Below, piece after piece: positions 9,610 through 21,509 of a DNA stretch of 64,000 nucleotides. A program made the position numbers and the translations under genes. The stretch comes from Escherichia coli. GTDB lineage: Bacteria; Pseudomonadota; Gammaproteobacteria; Enterobacterales; Enterobacteriaceae. Below the pieces are notes generated by a model. That model did no database searches, was not told the origin of the DNA, and saw only the letters and a list, made by a program, of their open reading frames with translations. The stretch lies in the NCBI RefSeq assembly GCF_003018235.1, contig NZ_CP027437.1. One strand, 5' to 3'. Numbering within the stretch: the stretch's first letter is position 1; each line of letters starts with the position of its first letter.

Positions 9610-10759
9610 CGTTCCGGTAGCTCAGGTGTTGCAGGCGCTGGCTGAACAGGAGAAGTTGAACCTGGTCGTGTCGCCAGACGTCAGCGGTACGGTGTCGTTA
9701 CATCTAACAGATGTTCCCTGGAAGCAGGCACTACAAACTGTAGTAAAAAGCGCCGGACTGATAACGCGGCAGGAAGGCAATATTCTCTCGGTGCATTCCG
9801 TTGCCTGGCAGAATGACAATATCGCCCGCCAGGAGGCGGAGCAGGCGCGGGCGCAGGCAAATCTGCCGCTGGAAAATCGCAATATTACTCTGCAATACGC
9901 CGACGCCGGAGAGCTGGCGAAAGCGGGGGAGAAGCTACTGAGTGCCAAAGGGAGTATGACCGTCGATAAACGCACCAATCGCCTTTTGCTGCGAGATAAC
10001 AAAACGGCGTTAAGCGCCCTTGAACAGTGGGTAGCGCAAATGGATCTGCCGGTCGGGCAGGTTGAGCTGTCGGCGCATATTGTCACCATTAATGAAAAAA
10101 GTTTGCGTGAGTTAGGCGTGAAATGGACGCTGGCCGATGCGCAACAAGCTGGTGGCGTTGGGCAAGTCACCACGCTTGGCAGCGACCTCTCCGTAGCGAC
10201 GGCGACAACGCATGTCGGTTTTAACATTGGACGCATCAACGGACGTTTACTGGATCTTGAGCTTTCCGCGCTCGAACAAAAACAGCAGCTGGATATTATC
10301 GCCAGTCCGCGTCTGCTGGCCTCACATCTTCAGCCTGCCAGCATTAAACAGGGGAGCGAAATTCCATATCAGGTTTCCAGCGGGGAAAGTGGCGCGACGT
10401 CGGTGGAATTTAAAGAGGCCGTCCTGGGGATGGAAGTTACGCCCACGGTGTTACAAAAAGGTCACATCCGGCTGAAATTACACATCAGCCAGAACGTTCC
10501 GGGGCAGGTGCTACAGCAGGCCGATGGCGAAGTGTTGGCGATTGATAAGCAGGAGATCGAAACGCAGGTCGAGGTCAAAAGCGGAGAAACGTTGGCGCTG
10601 GGCGGCATTTTTACCCGTAAAAATAAATCGGGTCAGGATAGCGTACCGTTGCTTGGCGACATTCCCTGGTTCGGGCAATTATTTCGTCATGACGGAAAAG
10701 AAGATGAACGACGCGAGTTAGTGGTGTTTATCACGCCACGACTGGTTTTCAGTGAGTAA
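9521..10759 (+). CDS. hofQ: Outer-membrane secretin HofQ (ComE/PilQ-like)
   Basis: 412-aa ORF with signal peptide MKQWIAALLLMLIPGVQA and secretin C-terminal domain; last gene of hof operon. Confidence 0.9.
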   Translation: MKQWIAALLLMLIPGVQAAKPQKVTLMVDDVPVAQVLQALAEQEKLNLVVSPDVSGTVSLHLTDVPWKQALQTVVKSAGLITRQEGNILSVHSVAWQNDNIARQEAEQARAQANLPLENRNITLQYADAGELAKAGEKLLSAKGSMTVDKRTNRLLLRDNKTALSALEQWVAQMDLPVGQVELSAHIVTINEKSLRELGVKWTLADAQQAGGVGQVTTLGSDLSVATATTHVGFNIGRINGRLLDLELSALEQKQQLDIIASPRLLASHLQPASIKQGSEIPYQVSSGESGATSVEFKEAVLGMEVTPTVLQKGHIRLKLHISQNVPGQVLQQADGEVLAIDKQEIETQVEVKSGETLALGGIFTRKNKSGQDSVPLLGDIPWFGQLFRHDGKEDERRELVVFITPRLVFSE

Positions 10760-11159
10760 ACAGCCGTAAAAGCGGTAATGTTTTTACGCTGAACGTGTTT
10801 CATCTATTTGACGCGCGCAGGTATTTAGCATACAAGGAGTACCGATTTGAGAGTTGGTGCTCTTCGCTGCCTGCGTTCCATGATGATGATTTATCATTCA
10901 GGCGGCATTTTGCTGTCTTTTTTACGCTAATCTTACCCGGTGATTTATCGCCAGAGCGGTGGTAGCAAGGCAGCGCGCTTGCAGCGACCAGATATGCAGA
11001 GGGATGGGTGATTTATTCAGTTGCCAAACCCGCTGGAGTATTGAGATAATTTTCAGTCTGACTCTCGCAATATCTTATGAGGTTTCAGTTCATGTCCTGC
11101 GGCGCTCTCTGAGCGAAGCGGGTTTATCATTAACGAATAGTCTTAGTAGTACCGAAAAA

Positions 11160-11681
11160 ATGGCAGAGAAACGCAATATCTTTCTGGTTGGGCCTATGGG
11201 TGCCGGAAAAAGCACTATTGGGCGCCAGTTAGCTCAACAACTCAATATGGAATTTTACGATTCCGATCAAGAGATTGAGAAACGAACCGGAGCTGATGTG
11301 GGCTGGGTTTTCGATTTAGAAGGCGAAGAAGGCTTCCGCGATCGCGAAGAAAAGGTCATCAATGAGTTGACCGAGAAACAGGGTATTGTGCTGGCTACTG
11401 GCGGCGGCTCTGTGAAATCCCGCGAAACGCGTAACCGTCTTTCCGCACGTGGCGTTGTCGTTTATCTTGAAACGACCATCGAAAAGCAACTTGCACGCAC
11501 GCAGCGTGATAAAAAACGCCCGTTGCTGCACGTTGAAACACCGCCGCGTGAAGTTCTGGAAGCGTTGGCCAATGAACGCAATCCGCTGTATGAAGAGATT
11601 GCCGACGTGACCATTCGTACTGATGATCAAAGCGCTAAAGTGGTCGCAAACCAGATTATTCACATGCTGGAAAGCAACTAA
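11160..11681 (+). CDS. aroK: Shikimate kinase I
   Basis: ORF frame 10959..11681; annotated start [25 protein letters not shown] (Walker A) at ATG 11160 gives 173 aa. Confidence 0.95.
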   Translation: MAEKRNIFLVGPMGAGKSTIGRQLAQQLNMEFYDSDQEIEKRTGADVGWVFDLEGEEGFRDREEKVINELTEKQGIVLATGGGSVKSRETRNRLSARGVVVYLETTIEKQLARTQRDKKRPLLHVETPPREVLEALANERNPLYEEIADVTIRTDDQSAKVVANQIIHMLESN

Positions 11682-11737
11682 TTCTGGCTTTATATACACT
11701 CGTCTGCGGGTACAGTAATTAAGGTGGATGTCGCGTT

Positions 11738-12826
11738 ATGGAGAGGATTGTCGTTACTCTCGGGGAACGTAGTTACCCAATTACCATCGCATCTGGTTTG
11801 TTTAATGAACCAGCTTCATTCTTACCGCTGAAATCGGGCGAGCAGGTCATGTTGGTTACCAACGAAACCCTGGCTCCTCTGTATCTCGATAAGGTCCGCG
11901 GCGTACTTGAACAGGCGGGTGTTAACGTCGATAGCGTTATCCTCCCTGACGGCGAGCAGTATAAAAGCCTGGCTGTACTCGATACCGTCTTTACGGCGTT
12001 GTTACAAAAACCGCATGGTCGCGATACTACGCTGGTGGCGCTTGGCGGCGGCGTAGTGGGCGATCTGACCGGCTTTGCGGCGGCGAGTTATCAGCGCGGT
12101 GTACGTTTCATTCAAGTCCCGACGACGTTGCTGTCGCAGGTCGATTCCTCCGTTGGCGGCAAAACTGCGGTCAACCATCCCCTCGGTAAAAACATGATTG
12201 GCGCGTTCTACCAGCCTGCTTCAGTGGTGGTGGATCTCGACTGTCTGAAAACGCTTCCCCCGCGTGAGTTAGCGTCGGGGCTGGCAGAAGTCATCAAATA
12301 CGGCATTATTCTTGACGGTGCGTTTTTTAACTGGCTGGAAGAAAATCTGGATGCGTTGTTGCGTCTGGACGGTCCGGCAATGGCGTACTGTATTCGCCGT
12401 TGTTGTGAACTGAAGGCAGAAGTTGTCGCCGCCGACGAGCGCGAAACCGGGTTACGTGCTTTACTGAATCTGGGACACACCTTTGGTCATGCCATTGAAG
12501 CTGAAATGGGGTATGGCAATTGGTTACACGGTGAAGCGGTTGCTGCGGGTATGGTGATGGCGGCGCGGACGTCGGAACGTCTCGGGCAGTTTAGTTCTGC
12601 CGAAACGCAGCGTATTATAACCCTGCTCACGCGGGCTGGGTTACCGGTCAATGGGCCGCGCGAAATGTCTGCGCAGGCGTATTTACCGCATATGCTGCGT
12701 GACAAGAAAGTCCTTGCGGGAGAGATGCGCTTAATTCTTCCGTTGGCAATTGGTAAGAGTGAAGTTCGCAGCGGCGTTTCGCACGAGCTTGTTCTTAACG
12801 CCATTGCCGATTGTCAATCAGCGTAA
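11738..12826 (+). CDS. aroB: 3-dehydroquinate synthase
   Basis: 362-aa [25 protein letters not shown]... matches AroB; follows aroK. Confidence 0.95.
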
Positions 12827-12917
12827 CAACAAGAAAGGTCAGGCCGCTTATCAAGCGGTCTATTAGCTTCAGGTTAATTGCAACGTGGTAAGCATTAACC
12901 TTTTAGTGGGGTGTTAA

Positions 12918-14204
12918 ATGGATGAATTCAAACCAGAAGACGAGCTGAAACCCGATCCCAGCGATCGTCGTACTGGTCGTTCTCGTCAATCTTCTGAACG
13001 TTCTGAGCGTACTGAACGTGGCGAACCGCAGATCAATTTTGATGATATTGAACTTGATGACACTGACGATCGCCGTCCGACTCGTGCGCAAAAAGAGCGC
13101 AATGATGAGCCGGAAATCGAAGAAGAAATTGACGAATCCGAAGATGAAACCGTGGATGAAGAGCGCGTAGAGCGTCGTCCGCGTAAGCGCAAAAAAGTAG
13201 CCAGTAAACCCGCTTCTCGTCAGTATATGATGATGGGCGTCGGCATTCTGGTTCTCCTGCTGTTGATCATCGGTATCGGTTCTGCGCTAAAAGCCCCCTC
13301 GACCTCTTCCAGCGATCAAACCGCGTCTGGCGAGAAGAGTATTGATCTTGCTGGCAATGCGACCGATCAGGCGAATGGCGTGCAGCCAGCGCCGGGAACC
13401 ACGTCTGCGGAAAATACTCAGCAGGATGTTTCTCTGCCGCCGATCTCTTCTACGCCGACTCAAGGGCAAACCCCGGCGGCAACGGATGGTCAACAACGTG
13501 TTGAAGTGCAGGGTGACCTGAACAATGCGCTGACCCAGCCACAAAATCAGCAACAGTTGAATAATGTGGCGGTCAATTCCACGTTGCCGACTGAACCCGC
13601 GACGGTCGCGCCTGTTCGCAATGGCAATGCATCGCGTGACACGGCGAAAACGCAAACCACTGAACGTCCGGCCACCACGCGTCCAGCTCGCCAGCAGGCG
13701 GTGATTGAACCGAAAAAACCGCAAGCAACCGTGAAAACGGAGCCGAAGCCGGTAGCGCAGACGCCGAAGCGTACTGAACCAGCTGCTCCTGTGGCAAGCA
13801 CGAAGGCACCGGTTGCGACCTCTACGCCAGCACCAAAAGAGACCGCAACTACGGCTCCAGTACAGACGGCATCCCCGGCGCAAACCACGGCAACACCAGC
13901 CGCTGGAGGGAAGACCGCAGGTAATGTTGGTTCGTTGAAATCGGCACCGTCCAGCCATTACACTCTGCAGCTGAGCAGTTCCTCTAACTACGACAACCTG
14001 AACGGTTGGGCGAAGAAAGAGAATCTGAAAAACTACGTTGTCTATGAAACGACGCGTAATGGTCAGCCGTGGTATGTCCTGGTTTCTGGCGTGTACGCTT
14101 CGAAAGAAGAGGCGAAAAAAGCGGTATCTACATTGCCAGCAGATGTCCAGGCCAAAAACCCGTGGGCGAAACCGCTGCGTCAGGTACAGGCCGATCTGAA
14201 GTAA
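12918..14204 (+). CDS. damX: Cell-division protein DamX (SPOR domain)
   Basis: 428-aa ORF; acidic/basic N-terminus, TM helix, long Q/P/T/A-rich low-complexity linker, C-terminal SPOR domain. Confidence 0.93.
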   Translation: MDEFKPEDELKPDPSDRRTGRSRQSSERSERTERGEPQINFDDIELDDTDDRRPTRAQKERNDEPEIEEEIDESEDETVDEERVERRPRKRKKVASKPASRQYMMMGVGILVLLLLIIGIGSALKAPSTSSSDQTASGEKSIDLAGNATDQANGVQPAPGTTSAENTQQDVSLPPISSTPTQGQTPAATDGQQRVEVQGDLNNALTQPQNQQQLNNVAVNSTLPTEPATVAPVRNGNASRDTAKTQTTERPATTRPARQQAVIEPKKPQATVKTEPKPVAQTPKRTEPAAPVASTKAPVATSTPAPKETATTAPVQTASPAQTTATPAAGGKTAGNVGSLKSAPSSHYTLQLSSSSNYDNLNGWAKKENLKNYVVYETTRNGQPWYVLVSGVYASKEEAKKAVSTLPADVQAKNPWAKPLRQVQADLK

Positions 14205-14214
14205 TCAAGGTTAT

Positions 14215-14242
14215 CTCCCGCAATGGTTTATCGTTGCGGGAG
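14215..14242 (+). other. Perfect 9-bp stem hairpin in damX–dam intergenic region (possible attenuator or processing site)
   Basis: ctcccgcaa-tggtttatcg-ttgcgggag; stem arms are exact reverse complements; no T-run follows. Confidence 0.4.
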
Positions 14243-14310
14243 TTGCCTGAAGCGCTGGATGCTGTCGGAGCTTTCTCCACAGCCGGAGAAGGTGTAATTA
14301 GTTAGTCAGC

Positions 14311-15147
14311 ATGAAGAAAAATCGCGCTTTTTTGAAGTGGGCAGGGGGCAAGTATCCCCTGCTTGATGATATTAAACGGCATTTGCCCAAGGGCGAATGT
14401 CTGGTTGAGCCTTTTGTAGGTGCCGGGTCGGTGTTTCTCAACACCGACTTTTCTCGTTATATCCTTGCCGATATCAATAGCGACCTGATCAGTCTCTATA
14501 ACATTGTGAAAATGCGTACTGATGAGTACGTACAGGCCGCACGCGAGCTGTTTGTTCCCGAAACAAATTGCGCCGAGGTTTACTATCAGTTCCGCGAAGA
14601 GTTCAACAAAAGCCAGGATCCGTTCCGTCGGGCGGTACTGTTTTTATATTTGAACCGCTACGGTTACAACGGCCTGTGTCGTTACAATCTGCGCGGTGAG
14701 TTTAACGTGCCGTTTGGCCGCTACAAAAAACCCTATTTCCCGGAAGCAGAGTTGTATCACTTCGCTGAAAAAGCGCAGAATGCCTTTTTCTACTGTGAGT
14801 CTTACGCCGATAGCATGGCGCGCGCAGATGATGCATCCGTCGTCTATTGCGATCCGCCTTATGCGCCGCTGTCTGCGACCGCCAACTTTACGGCGTATCA
14901 CACAAACAGTTTTACGCTTGAACAACAAGCGCATCTGGCGGAGATCGCCGAAGGTCTGGTTGATCGCCATATTCCAGTGCTGATCTCCAATCACGATACG
15001 ATGTTAACGCGTGAGTGGTATCAGCGCGCAAAATTGCATGTCGTCAAAGTTCGACGCAGTATAAGCAGCAACGGCGGCACACGTAAAAAGGTGGACGAAC
15101 TGCTGGCTTTGTACAAACCAGGAGTCGTTTCACCCGCGAAAAAATAA
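14311..15147 (+). CDS. dam: DNA adenine methyltransferase (GATC)
   Basis: 278-aa [29 protein letters not shown]... with DPPY catalytic motif ([11 protein letters not shown]). Confidence 0.96.
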   Translation: MKKNRAFLKWAGGKYPLLDDIKRHLPKGECLVEPFVGAGSVFLNTDFSRYILADINSDLISLYNIVKMRTDEYVQAARELFVPETNCAEVYYQFREEFNKSQDPFRRAVLFLYLNRYGYNGLCRYNLRGEFNVPFGRYKKPYFPEAELYHFAEKAQNAFFYCESYADSMARADDASVVYCDPPYAPLSATANFTAYHTNSFTLEQQAHLAEIAEGLVDRHIPVLISNHDTMLTREWYQRAKLHVVKVRRSISSNGGTRKKVDELLALYKPGVVSPAKK

Positions 15148-15164
15148 TTCTCAAGGAGAAGCGG

Positions 15165-15842
15165 ATGAAACAGTATTTGATTGCCCCCTCAATTCTGTCG
15201 GCTGATTTTGCCCGCCTGGGTGAAGATACCGCAAAAGCCCTGGCAGCTGGCGCTGATGTCGTGCATTTTGACGTCATGGATAACCACTATGTTCCCAATC
15301 TGACGATTGGGCCAATGGTGCTGAAATCCTTGCGTAACTACGGCATTACCGCCCCTATCGACGTACACCTGATGGTGAAACCCGTCGATCGCATTGTGCC
15401 TGATTTCGCTGCCGCTGGTGCCAGCATCATTACCTTTCATCCAGAAGCCTCCGAGCATGTTGACCGCACGCTGCAACTGATTAAAGAAAATGGCTGTAAA
15501 GCGGGTCTGGTATTTAACCCGGCGACACCTCTGAGCTATCTGGATTACGTGATGGATAAGCTGGATGTGATCCTGCTGATGTCCGTCAACCCTGGTTTCG
15601 GCGGTCAGTCTTTCATTCCGCAAACACTGGATAAACTGCGCGAAGTACGTCGTCGTATCGACGAGTCTGGCTTTGACATTCGACTGGAAGTGGACGGTGG
15701 CGTGAAGGTGAACAACATTGGCGAAATCGCTGCGGCGGGCGCGGATATGTTCGTCGCCGGTTCGGCAATCTTCGACCAGCCAGACTACAAAAAAGTCATT
15801 GATGAAATGCGCAGTGAACTGGCAAAGGTAAGTCATGAATAA
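15165..15842 (+). CDS. rpe: Ribulose-phosphate 3-epimerase
   Basis: 225-aa [25 protein letters not shown]... matches Rpe. Confidence 0.95.
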   Translation: MKQYLIAPSILSADFARLGEDTAKALAAGADVVHFDVMDNHYVPNLTIGPMVLKSLRNYGITAPIDVHLMVKPVDRIVPDFAAAGASIITFHPEASEHVDRTLQLIKENGCKAGLVFNPATPLSYLDYVMDKLDVILLMSVNPGFGGQSFIPQTLDKLREVRRRIDESGFDIRLEVDGGVKVNNIGEIAAAGADMFVAGSAIFDQPDYKKVIDEMRSELAKVSHE

Positions 15843-16593
15843 GTTTGAAGATATTCGCGGCGTCGCTTTTGATCTCGATGGTACGCTGGTGGACAGTGCT
15901 CCTGGCTTGGCTACCGCAGTAGATATGGCGCTGTATGCGCTGGAGTTGCCCGTCGCAGGTGAAGAACGCGTTATAACCTGGATTGGTAACGGCGCAGATG
16001 TTCTGATGGAGCGCGCATTGACCTGGGCGCGTCAGGAACGTGCGACTCTGCGTAAAACAATGGGTAAACCGCCCGTTGATGACGACATTCCGGCAGAAGA
16101 ACAGGTACGTATTCTGCGTAAACTGTTCGATCGCTACTATGGCGAGGTTGCCGAAGAGGGGACGTTTTTGTTCCCGCACGTTGCCGATACGCTGGGCGCA
16201 TTGCAGGCTAAAGGCCTGCCGTTGGGCCTGGTCACCAACAAACCGACGCCGTTCGTCGCGCCGCTGCTCGAAGCCTTAGATATCGCCAAATACTTCAGCG
16301 TGGTGATTGGCGGTGATGATGTGCAAAACAAAAAACCGCATCCGGACCCGCTGTTACTGGTGGCTGAGCGGATGGGAATTGCTCCACAACAGATGCTGTT
16401 TGTTGGCGACTCACGCAATGATATTCAGGCAGCAAAAGCGGCAGGTTGCCCATCAGTTGGCTTAACCTACGGATATAACTACGGCGAGGCTATCGATCTC
16501 AGCCAGCCTGATGTAATTTATCAGTCTATAAATGACCTTCTGCCCGCATTAGGGCTTCCGCATAGCGAAAATCAGGAATCGAAAAATGACTAA
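15835..16593 (+). CDS. gph: Phosphoglycolate phosphatase
   Basis: 252-aa ORF with HAD motif [10 protein letters not shown]; overlaps rpe stop. Confidence 0.94.
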   Translation: MNKFEDIRGVAFDLDGTLVDSAPGLATAVDMALYALELPVAGEERVITWIGNGADVLMERALTWARQERATLRKTMGKPPVDDDIPAEEQVRILRKLFDRYYGEVAEEGTFLFPHVADTLGALQAKGLPLGLVTNKPTPFVAPLLEALDIAKYFSVVIGGDDVQNKKPHPDPLLLVAERMGIAPQQMLFVGDSRNDIQAAKAAGCPSVGLTYGYNYGEAIDLSQPDVIYQSINDLLPALGLPHSENQESKND

Positions 16594-17590
16594 GCCCATC
16601 GTTTTTAGTGGCGCACAGCCCTCAGGTGAATTGACCATTGGTAACTACATGGGTGCGCTGCGTCAGTGGGTAAACATGCAGGATGACTATCATTGCATTT
16701 ACTGTATCGTTGACCAACACGCGATCACCGTGCGCCAGGATGCACAGAAGCTGCGTAAAGCGACGCTGGATACGCTGGCCTTGTATCTGGCTTGTGGTAT
16801 CGATCCTGAGAAAAGCACCATTTTTGTTCAGTCCCACGTGCCGGAACATGCACAGTTAGGCTGGGCACTGAACTGCTATACCTACTTCGGCGAACTGAGC
16901 CGCATGACGCAGTTTAAAGATAAATCTGCGCGTTATGCCGAGAACATCAACGCTGGTCTGTTTGACTATCCGGTGCTGATGGCTGCGGACATCCTGCTGT
17001 ATCAAACTAATCTGGTACCGGTGGGTGAAGACCAGAAACAGCACCTGGAACTGAGCCGCGATATCGCCCAGCGTTTCAACGCGCTGTATGGCGAGATCTT
17101 TAAAGTGCCGGAGCCGTTTATTCCGAAATCTGGCGCGCGCGTAATGTCGCTGCTGGAGCCGACCAAGAAGATGTCCAAGTCTGACGATAACCGCAATAAC
17201 GTTATCGGCCTGCTGGAAGATCCGAAATCGGTAGTGAAGAAAATCAAACGCGCGGTCACTGACTCCGACGAGCCGCCGGTAGTTCGCTACGATGTGCAGA
17301 ACAAAGCGGGCGTTTCCAACCTGCTGGATATCCTTTCTGCTGTAACGGGCCAGAGCATCCCGGAACTGGAAAAACAGTTCGAAGGCAAGATGTATGGTCA
17401 TCTGAAAGGCGAAGTGGCTGATGCCGTTTCCGGTATGCTGACTGAATTGCAGGAACGCTATCACCGTTTCCGCAATGACGAAGCCTTCCTGCAACAGGTG
17501 ATGAAAGATGGCGCGGAAAAAGCCAGCGCACACGCTTCCCGTACGCTAAAAGCGGTGTACGAAGCGATTGGTTTTGTGGCGAAGCCGTAA
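16586..17590 (+). CDS. trpS: Tryptophan--tRNA ligase
   Basis: 334-aa ORF with class I aaRS motifs ([13 protein letters not shown]-like, KMSKS at KMSKSDD). Confidence 0.96.
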   Translation: MTKPIVFSGAQPSGELTIGNYMGALRQWVNMQDDYHCIYCIVDQHAITVRQDAQKLRKATLDTLALYLACGIDPEKSTIFVQSHVPEHAQLGWALNCYTYFGELSRMTQFKDKSARYAENINAGLFDYPVLMAADILLYQTNLVPVGEDQKQHLELSRDIAQRFNALYGEIFKVPEPFIPKSGARVMSLLEPTKKMSKSDDNRNNVIGLLEDPKSVVKKIKRAVTDSDEPPVVRYDVQNKAGVSNLLDILSAVTGQSIPELEKQFEGKMYGHLKGEVADAVSGMLTELQERYHRFRNDEAFLQQVMKDGAEKASAHASRTLKAVYEAIGFVAKP

Positions 17591-17604
17591 TTTAACATTA
17601 ATGC

Positions 17605-17632
17605 CAAAAACCGGGGAAACCCGGTTTTTTTA
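17605..17632 (+). terminator. Rho-independent terminator of the aroK...trpS transcription unit
   Basis: aaaaaccgggg-aaa-ccccggttttttt immediately after the trpS stop. Confidence 0.8.
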
Positions 17633-17750
17633 TCCTCTTTTTGCAATAATCCGAAAAAATGTGAAGCGCCTCGCCGTTTCCACATCTCGCAGTTGCCACT
17701 TATCTTCATTTTTATGAAGATATAAATATTCACTTTATTGAAAATTTACT

Positions 17751-18656
17751 ATGCGTCGAACGTTTATCAAAAAAGAAGGCGTCGTCATCACGACACTGGC
17801 CCGTTATTTGTTGGGTGAAAAGTGCGGTAATCGACTGAAAACCATAGATGAGCTGGCAACTGAATGCCGTTCATCCGTTGGCCTGACGCAGGCCGCGTTG
17901 AAAACGCTGGAATCAAGCGGAGCGATACGGATTGAACGCCGTGGGCGCAATGGCAGTTATCTGGTCGAGATGGATAACAAAGCATTGCTGACTCATGTGG
18001 ATATCAACAACGTGGTATGTGCGATGCCCTTGCCCTATACCCGTTTGTACGAAGGCCTGGCGAGCGGATTGAAAGCCCAATTTGATGGCATTCCTTTTTA
18101 CTATGCGCACATGCGCGGCGCGGATATTCGCGTGGAGTGTCTGCTTAATGGCGTGTATGACATGGCGGTGGTTTCCCGACTGGCGGCGGAAAGTTATCTC
18201 ACGCAAAAAGGGTTATGCCTCGCGCTGGAGTTGGGGCCGCACACCTACGTTGGCGAGCACCAGTTGATTTGCCGTAAAGGCGAGTCCGCAAACGTGAAGC
18301 GCGTGGGGCTGGATAACCGTTCGGCGGATCAGAAAATCATGACCGATGTCTTTTTTGGCGATAGTGATGTGGAACGTGTCGATCTCTCTTATCACGAGAG
18401 TTTACAACGCATTGTTAAAGGCGATGTCGATGCGGTTATCTGGAACGTGGTGGCGGAAAACGAACTGACCATGCTGGGATTAGAAGCGACGCCGCTCACA
18501 GACGATCCGCGATTTTTACAGGCCACCGAAGCCGTGGTTTTGACGCGAGTCGATGATTACCCGATGCAACAATTGCTGCGTGCAGTTGTTGATAAACAGG
18601 CCCTGCTTGCCCATCAACAACGAGTGGTCAGTGGGGAACAGGAACCCAGTTATTAA
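17751..18656 (+). CDS. yhfZ: Putative DNA-binding transcriptional regulator YhfZ
   Basis: 301-aa ORF; first gene of the yhfZ–yhfS cluster, directly after trpS as in E. coli. Confidence 0.85.
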   Translation: MRRTFIKKEGVVITTLARYLLGEKCGNRLKTIDELATECRSSVGLTQAALKTLESSGAIRIERRGRNGSYLVEMDNKALLTHVDINNVVCAMPLPYTRLYEGLASGLKAQFDGIPFYYAHMRGADIRVECLLNGVYDMAVVSRLAAESYLTQKGLCLALELGPHTYVGEHQLICRKGESANVKRVGLDNRSADQKIMTDVFFGDSDVERVDLSYHESLQRIVKGDVDAVIWNVVAENELTMLGLEATPLTDDPRFLQATEAVVLTRVDDYPMQQLLRAVVDKQALLAHQQRVVSGEQEPSY

Positions 18657-18672
18657 ACCAAAGGCATCTGAA

Positions 18673-19035
18673 ATGGAAACCAGACTCAACCTGCTTTGCG
18701 ATGCAGGCGTTATTGATAAGGACATCTGCAAAGGCATGATGCAGGTCGTCAATGTCCTGGAAACAGAGTGCCATCTACCGGTGCGCAGTGAGCAAGGAAC
18801 GATGGCGATGACACATATGGCGAGTGCACTGATGCGCAGTCGCCGTGGTGAAGAAATAGAGCCGCTGGACGCCGAATTGCTGGCAGAACTGGCGCAATCC
18901 AGCCACTGGCAAGCCGTTGTGCAATTGCATCAGGTGTTGTTGAAGGAATTTACACTGGAAGTTAACCCGTGTGAAGAAGGCTATTTGCTGGCCAACCTTT
19001 ATGGATTATGGATGGCTGCTAACGAAGAGGTTTGA
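18673..19035 (+). CDS. yhfY: PRD-domain protein YhfY
   Basis: ORF frame 18553..19035; likely start METRLNLLCDAGVIDKDICKGM at ATG 18673 gives 120 aa. Confidence 0.8.
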   Translation: METRLNLLCDAGVIDKDICKGMMQVVNVLETECHLPVRSEQGTMAMTHMASALMRSRRGEEIEPLDAELLAELAQSSHWQAVVQLHQVLLKEFTLEVNPCEEGYLLANLYGLWMAANEEV

Positions 19036-19118
19036 AGCTCCCGACAAATCCACGTCGCACAACCTAAATATTCAAAAAAATGAATATTTAATTCAAGGAA
19101 CAGAAACGAGGCAACAAG

Positions 19119-20282
19119 ATGTTTGTAGAAGCATTGAAACGCCAGAACCCGGCGCTAATTTCCGCCGCACTAAGCTTGTGGCAAAAGGGCAAGATCGCCC
19201 CGGACAGCTGGGTGATCGACGTGGATCAGATACTGGAAAACGGTAAGCGGCTGATTGAGACGGCGCGGCTTTACGGCATTGAACTGTATCTGATGACTAA
19301 GCAGTTTGGTCGTAATCCGTGGCTGGCGGAAAAACTGCTGCCATTAGGCTACAGCGGCATTGTGGCGGTGGATTACAAAGAGGCGCGAGTCATGCGCCGC
19401 GCCGGTTTGCCGGTGGCGCATCAGGGGCATCTGGTACAAATCCCTTGTCATCAGGTGGCTGACGCCGTTGCACAGGGCACCGACGTCATCACCGTGTTTA
19501 CTCTCGACAAAGCGCGGGAAGTTTCTGCGGCAGCGGTGAAGGCCGGACGTGTGCAGTCTGTGCTGCTCAAAGTTTATAGCGACGATGATTTTCTTTATCC
19601 GGGGCAGGAGAGCGGTTTTGTACAGCATTCGCTGCACGAGGTGGTTGCTGAAATTAAGAAACTGCCGGGGTTGCATTTAGCTGGACTAACCCATTTCCCT
19701 TGCCTGCTTTGGGATGAGGCTGCCGGGAAAGTTTTGCCGACACCGAATCTTCACACGCTGGTACAGGCACGGGATCAACTGGCGAAATCTGGTATTGCGA
19801 TTGAGCAACTGAACGCGCCTTCAGCGACCAGCTGCACTTCGCTGCCATTACTGGCGGAATACGGTGTGACTCATGCCGAACCCGGTCATGCGCTGACGGG
19901 CACTATTCCGGCAAACCAGCAGGGCGATCAGCCTGAACGTATCGCGATGCTCTGGTTAAGTGAAATCTCCCATCATTTCCGTGGCGACAGCTACTGCTAC
20001 GGCGGCGGTTACTACCGTCGTGGTCATGCGCAACATGCGCTGGTGTTTACGCCAGAAAATCAAAAGATTACTGAAACCAATCTCAAAACTGTGGATGACA
20101 GCAGTATCGACTACACCCTGCCGCTGGCAGGCGAGTTTCCGGTAAGCAGTGCAGTAGTGCTCTGTTTTCGCACGCAGATTTTTGTCACCCGTAGCGATGT
20201 GGTGTTGGTGTCTGGTATTCATCGTGGCGAACCGGAAATCGTCGGTCGTTATGACAGCCTCGGCAACCCTCTGGAGGCGTAA
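19119..20282 (+). CDS. yhfX: Putative PLP-dependent alanine-racemase-fold protein YhfX
   Basis: 387-aa ORF; position and length match yhfX. Confidence 0.82.
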   Translation: MFVEALKRQNPALISAALSLWQKGKIAPDSWVIDVDQILENGKRLIETARLYGIELYLMTKQFGRNPWLAEKLLPLGYSGIVAVDYKEARVMRRAGLPVAHQGHLVQIPCHQVADAVAQGTDVITVFTLDKAREVSAAAVKAGRVQSVLLKVYSDDDFLYPGQESGFVQHSLHEVVAEIKKLPGLHLAGLTHFPCLLWDEAAGKVLPTPNLHTLVQARDQLAKSGIAIEQLNAPSATSCTSLPLLAEYGVTHAEPGHALTGTIPANQQGDQPERIAMLWLSEISHHFRGDSYCYGGGYYRRGHAQHALVFTPENQKITETNLKTVDDSSIDYTLPLAGEFPVSSAVVLCFRTQIFVTRSDVVLVSGIHRGEPEIVGRYDSLGNPLEA

Positions 20283-21509
20283 ATGGCGCGATTTGTGGTG
20301 TTAGTGATTGATAGCTTTGGCGTAGGGGCAATGAAAGATGTCACGTTGGTGCGTCCGCAGGATGCCGGGGCGAATACCTGTGGTCACATCCTGAGCCAGT
20401 TGCCGCATTTGCAGCTATCAGCGCTGGAGAAGCTGGGGCTAATCAACGCATTGGGTTATGCACCAGGTGATATGCAACCGTCAGATTCCGCAACCTGGGG
20501 GGGGGCAGAACTGCAACATGAAGGTGGCGATACCTTTATGGGGCATCAGGAAATTTTAGGCACGCGCCCGTTACCGCCGCTGCGGATGCCTTTTCGCGAT
20601 GTGATTGACCGTGTTGAGCAGGCATTAGTATCCGCCGGTTGGCAGGTGGAGCGCCGTGGCGATGATCTGCAATTTCTGTGGGTCAATCAGGCGGTTGCGA
20701 TTGGCGATAATCTCGAGGCGGATTTAGGCCAGGTCTATAACATCACCGTCAATCTCTCTGTGATCTCTTTTGACGACGCAATCAAAATTGGTCGTATCGT
20801 GCGTGAGCAGGTACAGGTCGGTCGGGTCATTACATTTGGCGGCCTGTTAACTGACAGTCAACGCATTCTCGATGCCGCAGAAAGTAAAGAAGGGCGCTTT
20901 ATTGGCATTAATGCGCCGCGTTCAGGCGCTTATGACAACGGCTTCCAGGTCGTGCATATGGGCTACGGTGTTGATGAAAAAGTGCAGGTGCCGCAAAAAC
21001 TGTATGAAGCGGGCGTGCCAACCGTGCTGGTGGGTAAGGTGGCGGATATCGTCAGCAATCCTTATGGCGTGAGCTGGCAAAACCTGGTGGATAGCCAGCG
21101 GATTATGGATATCACCCTCGACGAATTTAACACGCATCCGACGGCGTTTATTTGCACCAATATCCAGGAAACCGACCTCGCTGGTCACGCGGAAGACGTC
21201 GCACGTTATGCCGAACGTTTGCAGGTCGTTGACCGTAACCTTGCCCGGCTTATTGAGGCGATGCAGCCAGATGATTGCCTGGTCGTGATGGCGGATCACG
21301 GTAACGATCCGACCATTGGTCACAGCCACCATACCCGCGAAGTGGTGCCAGTGCTGGTTTATCAGCAAGGGATGGTCGCTACGCAGCTCGGTGTGCGCAC
21401 CACGCTTTCTGATGTGGGGGCTACCGTGTGTGAATTTTTCCGTGCGCCACCGCCACAAAATGGTCGCTCTTTTCTTTCCTCCCTCCGGTTTGCAGGAGAC
21501 ACCCTATGA
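20283..21509 (+). CDS. yhfW: Putative phosphopentomutase-family metalloenzyme YhfW
   Basis: 408-aa ORF starting one base after the yhfX stop. Confidence 0.82.
   Translation: MARFVVLVIDSFGVGAMKDVTLVRPQDAGANTCGHILSQLPHLQLSALEKLGLINALGYAPGDMQPSDSATWGGAELQHEGGDTFMGHQEILGTRPLPPLRMPFRDVIDRVEQALVSAGWQVERRGDDLQFLWVNQAVAIGDNLEADLGQVYNITVNLSVISFDDAIKIGRIVREQVQVGRVITFGGLLTDSQRILDAAESKEGRFIGINAPRSGAYDNGFQVVHMGYGVDEKVQVPQKLYEAGVPTVLVGKVADIVSNPYGVSWQNLVDSQRIMDITLDEFNTHPTAFICTNIQETDLAGHAEDVARYAERLQVVDRNLARLIEAMQPDDCLVVMADHGNDPTIGHSHHTREVVPVLVYQQGMVATQLGVRTTLSDVGATVCEFFRAPPPQNGRSFLSSLRFAGDTL

Noticed and set aside
10959-11159. In-frame upstream extension of aroK (240-aa ORF)
   Set aside because: The frame is open upstream by chance; the Walker-A-containing shikimate kinase begins at [19 protein letters not shown] (ATG 11160) with appropriate spacing from the promoter region.
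13287-13958. 223-aa and 113-aa minus-strand ORFs inside damX
   Set aside because: They overlap the damX low-complexity linker on the opposite strand; Arg/Cys-rich nonsense typical of the antisense of a Pro/Ala/Thr-rich region.
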